From assembly GCA_045106895.1 (NCBI GenBank), contig JBGCFM010000278.1, forward strand, positions 1 through 13,252: a stretch of 13,252 nucleotides of DNA. The letters run 5' to 3'. The position numbers were made by a program, and so were the translations under genes. Shown here in pieces: positions 1 to 6,520 of this stretch; position 1 is the stretch's first letter, and every line of letters starts with the position of its first letter. A model generated the notes under the pieces. The model was not told the DNA's origin, ran no database searches, and saw nothing but the letters and a program-made list of their open reading frames with translations. Source of the stretch: Polyangiales bacterium. Lineage in GTDB: Bacteria; Myxococcota_A; Polyangia; Polyangiales; Houyiibacteriaceae.

Positions 1-505
1 TCTTGAGCTCCTTGCTCATCGCCACAGACTCCGGCGACTGGGTCAGCTTACGCATCGCGTTCAACGTTAGGCGCTTCGGTCGGGTCTGCTCCGCAGGCTC
101 GAAGGACCAGAAGAACGCCCCGAGTGAGCCGTACTCGTCGCGAAGGTCGCAGGCACGCTTTGCGTTGTTGATCGTCGACTCGATCTTCCCGCGATGACGA
201 ACGATGCCCGCGTCATCGAGAAGCCTCTCGACGCTGCGCTTGTTGAAGCGAGCCACGCGCTCAAAGTCGAAGTGTGCGAAGGCTTTCCGAAAGTTCTCTC
301 GCTTTCGCAAGATCGTCAGCCAGCTGAGCCCCGCCTGAAAGCCCTCGAGGCAGACTTTCTCAAAGAGCTGATGCTCATCGTCGACAGGGATGCCCCACTC
401 CACGTCGTGGTAGCGCACGTAGTCGTCGTGTTGCCCAGGCCACGTGCAGCGCACAACGCCGTCGTCATCGCGTTGAAGCCCCGCCGCGAGTCGTTTCTTC
501 GCCAT
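1..505 (-). CDS. tag: DNA-3-methyladenine glycosylase I (3' end runs off the window)
   Basis: Manual translation from ATG at 505: MAKKRLAAGLQRDDDGVVRCTWPGQHDDYVRYHDVEWGIPVDDEHQLFEKVCLEGFQAGLSWLTILRKRENFRKAF...LLDDAGIVRHRGKIESTINNAK. Contains the Tag hallmarks RC-W, YHD-EWG, LFE---LEGFQAGLSW-TIL-KRE and GIVR-R-KI. No stop inside the window. Confidence 0.95.
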   Translation of the reverse strand, partial: MAKKRLAAGLQRDDDGVVRCTWPGQHDDYVRYHDVEWGIPVDDEHQLFEKVCLEGFQAGLSWLTILRKRENFRKAFAHFDFERVARFNKRSVERLLDDAGIVRHRGKIESTINNAKRACDLRDEYGSLGAFFWSFEPAEQTRPKRLTLNAMRKLTQSPESVAMSKELK

Positions 506-531
506 GCAGCACGATAGCGCCTTGAGGGCGC

Positions 532-1575
532 TCAGAGAAAGCGAGCGCGCGAGCGATCTGACTCAAGACTCAGCTGGACGAGGAACGCCTCGTGTCCGTT
601 GTCCTCCATGAGCACCAGCCTGCGTTCCAAGACGTCGAAAATCACCGACGCGTTCCCGTCCCGACGTTGATCCGCCGGTTCCGACACCGTGAGATCGACG
701 ATGCGTTCGATTTGTCCAAGCTCGTCGAGGGCACACGCGCCGCTCGCTTCCATTCGTGTCCCAGCGCAGGTGACCTCCACCGCGCATCGGCTCTCGCGCT
801 CACCATTCTCAGATCTCGCTGCGACATGACAGGCCGCGCCGACTCGGACGCGGGGCCGGGCGAACGTGCCTTCACTCGGAACCCCAGACACATGGGTGAT
901 CGTGGCGCGGCTCTCAAAGGTGCTGGCGCCTCGCCTTACCCGCGCCGATGGCGGGACTTGCCGAAAATCGAGAGGCGTGATCTCAAAGGTCGCCTCGGCG
1001 CCGTCCTTGTGGAGTCGCAAAAAGCCGCCGCGTGTGTCGATGCTGAAGCGTTCTGCGCCGCTCGGAAAGCGCCAGCTCACGGAGCAAAAGAGTGCCGCTT
1101 CGCCACCGGTTTCCAGCGCGCATCCGCCCACGTTGCGTCCTCGCACGTTGTAGTGGGACGTGCTGTAGAGACGCCGCCCACCGCACTCCAGGCGGACGTG
1201 GATCTCACGTGCCGGCTGATCCTCCCAGCCGTCGTTGTCTTGGGCATCCACGCTCAAGGTGCACTCCTCGGACGCCGCTGCCAGCGGCGTCGTGTTGTGT
1301 GCGACGGCGCGCCAGACGTAGCGGGAGTGACTCTGGAGCGCGAGCGCCTGGGTGGAGAGCGCCGTAAACGACCCAGGCCGATTCTCCGGTGGGGCGAGGT
1401 ACCAGCCGAGGCCCGCACCAAGCGAAATCAACGCGAGTGCGGCTGCCGCCAAGCGCCACGGGGCCATCGCCTTCATTGCCGTCAGCTCTTCCAGCGCAGC
1501 TTCCGCCGATGCCGCCCGCGCCTCTGCTTCCTCGTTCCGTCGTACCCACGCTTCTTCGTCACTTCGATACGGCAT
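532..1575 (-). CDS. Hypothetical membrane-anchored protein (347 aa): short coiled coil, one TM helix, two tandem Cys-containing beta-rich domains
   Basis: 3' part of ORF 532..2067. Start reassigned to ATG 1575 (MPYRSDEEAW...) because the upstream part is the antisense shadow of the Kazal gene. Hydrophobic stretch LAAAALALISLGAGLGWYL. Confidence 0.7.
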   Translation of the reverse strand: MPYRSDEEAWVRRNEEAEARAASAEAALEELTAMKAMAPWRLAAAALALISLGAGLGWYLAPPENRPGSFTALSTQALALQSHSRYVWRAVAHNTTPLAAASEECTLSVDAQDNDGWEDQPAREIHVRLECGGRRLYSTSHYNVRGRNVGGCALETGGEAALFCSVSWRFPSGAERFSIDTRGGFLRLHKDGAEATFEITPLDFRQVPPSARVRRGASTFESRATITHVSGVPSEGTFARPRVRVGAACHVAARSENGERESRCAVEVTCAGTRMEASGACALDELGQIERIVDLTVSEPADQRRDGNASVIFDVLERRLVLMEDNGHEAFLVQLSLESDRSRARFL

Positions 1576-1582
1576 GGCATGA

Positions 1583-1608
1583 AGACATGAGAGGAGCGGG
1601 AAAGTTCC
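1583..1608 (-). promoter_or_regulatory. Putative ECF-sigma (RpoE-like) promoter
   Basis: Minus strand reads GGAACTT (1608-1602), 15 nt, GTCT (1586-1583), 7 nt, ATG 1575. Resembles the GGAACTT/GTCT consensus of sigmaE-type factors. Confidence 0.5.
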
Positions 1609-1633
1609 GAGTTGCATGGGTCGGGATGAAACC

Positions 1634-1642
1634 TGGTACTCT
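1634..1642 (+). promoter_or_regulatory. Extended -10 element of a probably leaderless Kazal gene
   Basis: TG-G-TACTCT lies 6 nt before ATG 1649; no Shine-Dalgarno sequence. Confidence 0.5.
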
Positions 1643-1648
1643 GCGCTT

Positions 1649-2410
1649 ATGCGCACACTTCTACTTGTTGGACTGATGAGTTCCCTGGCCCTTGGCTGCG
1701 GCGATGACGACATGAGCGCGGACGCTGGCCGCGACACGGGTCCCACCACGGACGCCGGCTCCGTCGCCGACTCCGGAGCGAACGAAGACTCAGGTTCCGA
1801 AAATGACGCCGGGTCTGAAGGCGATGCAGGTGCTGGAGCCGATGCAGGTGCTGGAGCCGATGGTGGTTCCGAATCCGATACGGGCCCCACAGCGGATGCC
1901 GGTTCTCTTTTCGACGCTGGTTCCGACGCAGGCCCGGACGGCACGTGTGGCGGGTTCATCGGTGCGGTCTGCCCAAGCCGCGGCGATTTCTGTGAGTACG
2001 CAACGGGCTGCGGCACCGGCGACGCCGAAGGCATCTGTGTAACCCCCCCTGAGTCCTGCTCACGCATTCTCGACCCGGTCTGCGGTTGCGACGGAAACGA
2101 CTATGGCAACCCGTGCATGGCGCAAATGGCGGGCCAGAGCGTTGCGAGCCGAGGCCGCTGCGAAGTGGTCCCAGAGCGATGCGGAGGTCGCGGGGGTAGC
2201 GACTGCGGCGACAGCGGATACTGTGACTTCACGCGCCGCGAAATGTGCGGCCGCTTCGACGCCACGAGCACGTGCATGCCCCGTCCGGTCGACTGCCCAG
2301 ACGTCTTTGAGCCCGTTTGTGGCTGTGACAGCTTCGACTACGGGAATGAATGCGAAGCCAACGCAGCCGGCGTGGCTGTTCTCCGTGACGGCACCTGCGA
2401 CGAACCCTGA
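1649..2410 (+). CDS. Lipoprotein with two Kazal-type serine protease inhibitor domains (253 aa)
   Basis: MRTLLLVGLMSSLALGC lipobox, D/A/G/S-rich linker, then CSRILDPVCGCDGNDYGNPC...GRC and CPDVFEPVCGCDSFDYGNEC...GTC (Kazal PVCG...Y-N-C pattern). Each Kazal unit is preceded by a CGG..C..C..C..C module. Confidence 0.88.
   Translation: MRTLLLVGLMSSLALGCGDDDMSADAGRDTGPTTDAGSVADSGANEDSGSENDAGSEGDAGAGADAGAGADGGSESDTGPTADAGSLFDAGSDAGPDGTCGGFIGAVCPSRGDFCEYATGCGTGDAEGICVTPPESCSRILDPVCGCDGNDYGNPCMAQMAGQSVASRGRCEVVPERCGGRGGSDCGDSGYCDFTRREMCGRFDATSTCMPRPVDCPDVFEPVCGCDSFDYGNECEANAAGVAVLRDGTCDEP
1822..1862 (+). repeat. 18-bp in-frame tandem repeat (about 2.3 copies) encoding DAGAGA
   Basis: CGATGCAGGTGCTGGAGC twice exactly plus CGATG, inside the low-complexity linker. 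Confidence 0.85.
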
Positions 2411-2499
2411 GTTCGTCCAAGCCCAACGTCACAAGGCGAGGGGCCGAGAGGCTTTTCGCGCAACTGAAATTATCAAGTAAGAGCGGATGGTTTTTCGTT

Positions 2500-2505
2500 T
2501 ATTCT
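2500..2505 (+). promoter_or_regulatory. -10 element of a probably leaderless lipoxygenase gene
   Basis: TATTCT lies 7 nt before GTG 2513; AT-rich upstream; no Shine-Dalgarno sequence. Confidence 0.45.
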
Positions 2506-2512
2506 CGCCGCC

Positions 2513-4693
2513 GTGCAACTACCAACCATCGGCGACGACCGATCACACCCCGCCCCTTCACTTCCTCAAAACGTAAGTGACGAGGAACGCTCGGCGCGCG
2601 CCTTTGCGCTCTCTCTAGCGCGCACCAACTACAACTACATGCGCTCGTATCTTGAGCCCCTCGCCTTCAGCGCGGACCTGCCCAAAGGCGAGGAGTTCTC
2701 GCTGCCTTATGAAGGTCTCGTCGCCGGACCGCTCCTGGAGATCGCGAAGAACTTTGAACAAGTCGTCGTCGCGAAACTTGAGGAGGAGTTTCGAGACGAC
2801 CTCTACCCGCCCGAAGGCGGCGAAGTCGTCAAAGAGATCCGCGCTCGCTACGAAGCGATGCGCGAGCAGCTCGAAGGCGCCAGCGCCATCAACGTCGTCA
2901 AAGACATCTCCTCCATCTTGGAGTTTGGCGAAGCGCTACTGAAGCTGCCAGCGCAGATCGAACAAGTGTTCACACACCTCGCGAACGTCCCCGGTGACAT
3001 CGCGCGAATCATCGGCTCCGTCGAAGACCTCTCGAAGACGTTCGCGGAGCAAGGCGTGACGGCTTTTCTGAGGGACACGCTTTTCGACGTCCTGCGTCAC
3101 AGCGACAACGTCGGCGATGATTACCTTCGGCCGAAGAGCATCGCTGAGTACTTCGAGCTCTACCCAAACCTGCCCATCCCGATGTCCGCGAAGATTCCTC
3201 GCGCCGACTGGATGGAAGCGGAAGGCGAGCCATGGCAGCAGGACTGGTACTTTGGTTGGCTGCAGATCGCTGGCTTCAACACCACGCAGCTCAAACGCAT
3301 CGGTGATGGTCCGGCGATGATCTCTCTCGCGGACCTTCAATCGAAGATGCCCGTGGATGATGCGCTCTTTGCCGCGGTCCTCGGCGAGGGCGCTCCCACC
3401 CTCGCGGAAGCCATGGCCCAAAAGCGCCTCTTCGCCGTTGACTACGAACAGTTCGCAGAACTCGGTAACAGCGAGTTCCACGGGGACACTCGCCACGTCG
3501 TCGCGCCCGTCGCGCTTTTCTATCGCAACGACAATCCGCCCGCCGGCTACGCGCCTGGGCCGGCGTTGCAGCCCGTCTGCATCCAGGTCGGACAAAAGCA
3601 CGACACGGACAAGACGCCCATCTTCACGCCGAAGGCCGCCGTCGCTGCGCGGGCCATCACAAACGTGGACGATGACGCCGGACTCAAGTGGTCCATGGCC
3701 AAGTGGTTCGTCCTCAACGCCTGCGCGATTCAGCACGAGACCGTCGCTCACCTTGGCGACTGCCATCTCGTCATCGAACCGATGATCGTCGCGATGCACC
3801 GGCAGCTCCCCGTGGAGCACCCGGTCTTCTCGCTCCTCAAGCCGCACTTCCGTTTCACCATCGCCATCAATCACTCGGCGCTGCACAGCCTCGTCATCCC
3901 CGGCGGCGTCGTCGCGTCGGTGCTCTCGACGACCATCGACGGAAGCATGGAGCTCGTCCGCGACGCCTACCTACGTCGACGCTTCGACCACCAGAACCCG
4001 AAGCACGTCTTTGAACGTCGCGGTGTCGACGCGGCGGCGCTCCCAGACTTTCCGATGCGCGACGACACGATGCTTCTCTACGAAGCCATCGAAGAGTGGG
4101 TGCGCTCCTACTTGAGCATCTACTACTCCGGTGACGAAGCCGTGAAGAAGGACTTCGAGCTCCAGAACTTCGTCAACGAGCTCGCCTCCGGTGACCACGC
4201 CGGCGTCATGGGCCTTGACGGTCTCGTCGACCGTGGGGACCACATGGCCATCGAGTCGTTCGACTACTTGGTGCAGCTTGCGGCGCAGACCATCTACACG
4301 GCGAGTGCTCAGCACGCGTCGGTGAACTATGCCCAGTACCCGATGATGTCGTTCCTACCCGGGGTGAGCGGCACGGCGTACTCGGCACCACCGCAGCGCA
4401 AGGGCGTGGCCGTCGAGCGCGACTACCTCGCGCTTTTGCCGCCCCTCGACGTGGCCCTCTATCAGCTCTCCTTCGGGTATCTGCTGAGCTCCGTGCAGTT
4501 CGACCGCCTCGGCCACTACACGACCAATCCACGTCGCCCGTTCTTCCAAGACCCACGGGTGGCGCCGGCGCTCACGCAGTTCCAGGCCAAGCTCGCGCAG
4601 GCCGAAGCGATCATTCGCGAAAAGAACCTAAAGCGCGTCGTTCCCTTCGAGACGCAGGTGCCAAGCTACGTGCCCAACAGCATCTCGATCTAG
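2513..4693 (+). CDS. lox: Lipoxygenase (non-heme iron fatty-acid dioxygenase), 726 aa
   Basis: H-x4-H-x4-H motif QHETVAHLGDCH (H408/H413/H418), HPVFSLLKPHFRFTIAIN, FPMRDD, SAQHASVNYAQY (H601/N605) and the C-terminal PNSISI ending in the iron-ligand Ile. Confidence 0.96.
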   Translation: MQLPTIGDDRSHPAPSLPQNVSDEERSARAFALSLARTNYNYMRSYLEPLAFSADLPKGEEFSLPYEGLVAGPLLEIAKNFEQVVVAKLEEEFRDDLYPPEGGEVVKEIRARYEAMREQLEGASAINVVKDISSILEFGEALLKLPAQIEQVFTHLANVPGDIARIIGSVEDLSKTFAEQGVTAFLRDTLFDVLRHSDNVGDDYLRPKSIAEYFELYPNLPIPMSAKIPRADWMEAEGEPWQQDWYFGWLQIAGFNTTQLKRIGDGPAMISLADLQSKMPVDDALFAAVLGEGAPTLAEAMAQKRLFAVDYEQFAELGNSEFHGDTRHVVAPVALFYRNDNPPAGYAPGPALQPVCIQVGQKHDTDKTPIFTPKAAVAARAITNVDDDAGLKWSMAKWFVLNACAIQHETVAHLGDCHLVIEPMIVAMHRQLPVEHPVFSLLKPHFRFTIAINHSALHSLVIPGGVVASVLSTTIDGSMELVRDAYLRRRFDHQNPKHVFERRGVDAAALPDFPMRDDTMLLYEAIEEWVRSYLSIYYSGDEAVKKDFELQNFVNELASGDHAGVMGLDGLVDRGDHMAIESFDYLVQLAAQTIYTASAQHASVNYAQYPMMSFLPGVSGTAYSAPPQRKGVAVERDYLALLPPLDVALYQLSFGYLLSSVQFDRLGHYTTNPRRPFFQDPRVAPALTQFQAKLAQAEAIIREKNLKRVVPFETQVPSYVPNSISI

Positions 4694-4730
4694 TGCGCCG
4701 ACCATGTGGTCGGAGTGCGTTAGGTGCTAG

Positions 4731-6083
4731 CTAGGGCTCGAAGGTCTCGCAGATAAAGCTGGCTCCGTCGTCGCATTCCCGGTCGTTCCAGAAACCTCCG
4801 GGTCTGATTTCGACACAATCCTCGCCCCAAGTGCTGCTGTTGTTCGGCTCGCCTGCGCCGAAGTTATCGTAGGTGTGGATCGTCGAGCCGCTGCGCTGAG
4901 GCGTCCCATCGATCCACTCAAACTCTCCTTCGGTGTCACGGTCATCGAGGCCAATCCACCACCGCAGACCACCTGCGTACGAGGCGAGTTCACCTTCGAT
5001 AAACGCTTGTTCGGCCGCGTCGTCAATGATGACGAGTCGATACAGTCCTTGGCCCGGGCAGGACCCGCGCGACCCAGTCCAGCCGCGGTCGCGCTCACAA
5101 AACAGGTAGTTGTGACCGCCGTAGTTTACACCCGGGCAGGCGCAGATGTTGCCCTCGTCGATGGCCAAATTGCAGTCGTTGTCGACACCGTCGCAGACTT
5201 CAGTGGCCATGGGATTGACCGAGCTCGTCGTGTCGTCGCAGTCTCCGGACACCGCGGCGTATTCCTCTCCTGGGTCCGCACAGAAGACCGCAGGGCGTGT
5301 TCCGTATCCGTCGCGGTCATCATCGACGTAGTAGGTAATAGGCGTGAGGCCTTCATCCATCGTGGAGTCGCAATCGTCATCCTGGCCGTTGCACCGCTCT
5401 TCAGCACCCGGATAGTAGTTCTCGCTGTCGTCGCCGCTGTCCCTGCAGTCGTTGGCCTCGGTGGCGTAGCCCGCCGGTACGGTGCAGGCCTGCGTTGTGC
5501 TGGCGCCGATACCATAGCCATCGCCATCTTCGTCGAGGTAGTAGGTGTTTGTGACTGCCTCGTCGGTCATGCCGTCGCAGTCATCGTCGACCTCGTTGCA
5601 CACCTCTTCGCCTCTGGTGAGCTCTTCGGAGCATGGGCCCCATTGGGAATCCGGGCCACATGTGGATGTGCCCAGATCGCACGCACCCTCGTCCGTTCCA
5701 CATTCCTGAGTCATCCCCGGCACGCAATCGCAGATCTCGTCGACGACTCCGTCGCAGTTCTCATCGCGCTCAGTGCCGTCGCAAAGCTCAGGGGCAGGAC
5801 CGATGCCACCACGGCAAGGACCCCACAAACCTTCAGTGCACCTCTGCTGCCCCGGCCTACATTCGCCCAAGAGCGGGTTGTCACCACAAGCACGAGTGTC
5901 GTTGTTGTTGCACTCCGGAGGTGGACCGCTGTCCGGTATCGAAACGTCCGGCTTCGCATCGGGGGCATCAACGACTCCGGAGTCCACCATGCCCGTGTCC
6001 GCCGGCGCGGAATCGGAAGGGATCAGGCCGGTGTGATCTACGGCGCATCCCAATAGACAGATCAGGCTTAGGAAGCGATGCAC
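4731..6083 (-). CDS. Lipoprotein with four MopE-like putative metal-binding repeats and a C-terminal C-type lectin domain (450 aa)
   Basis: GTG start, MHRFLSLICLLGC lipobox. Repeats ELCDGTERDENCDGVVDE, EVCNEVDDDCDGMTDE, ERCNGQDDDCDSTMDE, EVCDGVDNDCNLAIDE; two YY-D-D-DGYG motifs. Lectin motifs WIGL, EPN, EDC, WND-C, FICE. Confidence 0.9.
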   Translation of the reverse strand: MHRFLSLICLLGCAVDHTGLIPSDSAPADTGMVDSGVVDAPDAKPDVSIPDSGPPPECNNNDTRACGDNPLLGECRPGQQRCTEGLWGPCRGGIGPAPELCDGTERDENCDGVVDEICDCVPGMTQECGTDEGACDLGTSTCGPDSQWGPCSEELTRGEEVCNEVDDDCDGMTDEAVTNTYYLDEDGDGYGIGASTTQACTVPAGYATEANDCRDSGDDSENYYPGAEERCNGQDDDCDSTMDEGLTPITYYVDDDRDGYGTRPAVFCADPGEEYAAVSGDCDDTTSSVNPMATEVCDGVDNDCNLAIDEGNICACPGVNYGGHNYLFCERDRGWTGSRGSCPGQGLYRLVIIDDAAEQAFIEGELASYAGGLRWWIGLDDRDTEGEFEWIDGTPQRSGSTIHTYDNFGAGEPNNSSTWGEDCVEIRPGGFWNDRECDDGASFICETFEP

Positions 6084-6089
6084 GGGGCG

Positions 6090-6098
6090 AGTTTAGCA
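6090..6098 (-). promoter_or_regulatory. Extended -10 element of a probably leaderless lectin gene
   Basis: Minus strand TG-C-TAAACT lies 6 nt before GTG 6083; no Shine-Dalgarno sequence. Confidence 0.55.
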
Positions 6099-6129
6099 AA
6101 AACCAACGGTCCGGCTTGCCGTCACTCTT

Positions 6130-6169
6130 AATAAGAAAAGGGGCAGCACCGTTCGGCGCTGCCCCTTTT
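6130..6169 (-). terminator. Intrinsic (rho-independent) terminator
   Basis: Minus strand AAAA-GGGGCAGCGCC-GAAC-GGUGCUGCCCC-UUUUCUUAUU: 11-bp stem with one G-U pair, which is an A-C mismatch on the plus strand. May be partly bidirectional. Confidence 0.85.
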
Positions 6170-6470
6170 CATTGCTCCCACCGGGAGCCCATTCGCTTTA
6201 CGTCAGCGAATGTTCACCTCCGGTGAGAGCATTTGCATGGAACTGTGCATTCTACTTACCTCCCCCGGCTGAGCCGGCGCTCGAGGGTCTCTGGCCGTCC
6301 GAAGAGAACCAGACCACATGGAGCTTTCTGTGGGTGGTGAGCCTGTGAGGGCCCACGTTGCGAGTTACACACATGTTCACACCGCTCAAAGAGCTGTGAT
6401 TACGTACCATTACGGGGTTATTGCCCAACATAGTGTCCTCGAAGATATGACCGCCAGCATGGCGACCACC
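6132..6470 (-). ncRNA. Candidate structured non-coding RNA of about 335 nt, family not recognised
   Basis: Bounded by a sigma70-like promoter (6503-6476) and the terminator. Hairpins at 6448-6468, 6337-6356, 6314-6333, 6290-6313 (cUUCGg loop), 6258-6288 and 6173-6231. No convincing long ORF. Confidence 0.6.
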
Positions 6471-6475
6471 TCCCC

Positions 6476-6503
6476 ACTATAGGGCCCCTAATCGCCGTGT
6501 CAC
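6476..6503 (-). promoter_or_regulatory. Sigma70-type promoter for the candidate ncRNA
   Basis: Minus strand GTGACA (6503-6498), 16 nt, TATAGT (6481-6476); each hexamer matches consensus at 5 of 6 positions. Confidence 0.6.
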
Positions 6504-6520
6504 CACTATTTGCGCAAATT

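Noticed and set aside
1576..2067. N-terminal extension of ORF 532..2067
   Set aside because: Pro/Ser/Ala-rich antisense shadow of the Kazal lipoprotein linker.
4698..4713. Small hairpin CCGACC-ATGT-GGTCGG between convergent lox and lectin genes
   Set aside because: Short stem with no U-tract on either strand; cannot be called a terminator.
6173..6300. Long hairpin region as a retron msr-msd (msDNA) element
   Set aside because: No reverse transcriptase in the window, no flanking a1/a2 inverted repeats identified, and the unit ends in a terminator instead of leading into an RT gene.
6234..6333. Plus-strand AUGGA hairpin loops as CsrA/RsmA sites
   Set aside because: Only two copies, and the wobble pairs, promoter and terminator all point to minus-strand transcription.
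6252..6431. 59-codon minus-strand ORF (MLGNNPVMVRNH...)
   Set aside because: Codon usage is unlike the neighbouring genes, there is no recognisable motif, and it overlaps the structured region.
6130..6470. tmRNA, RNase P RNA, SRP, 6S or Pxr identity for the candidate RNA
   Set aside because: No tRNA-like GGGG..CCA ends or tag peptide, no GAGGAAAGUCC, no SRP loop motif and no end-to-end rod. Only a short GGUGGGAG before the terminator is loosely reminiscent of Pxr, which is not enough.
6410..6475. Second GGGGAGGT-N7-ATG sORF (MLAVISSRTLCWAITP) and an extended hairpin at 6423-6485
   Set aside because: The SD-like sequence lies between the predicted -10 and the start site, so it would not be transcribed. 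It matters only if transcription starts further upstream.
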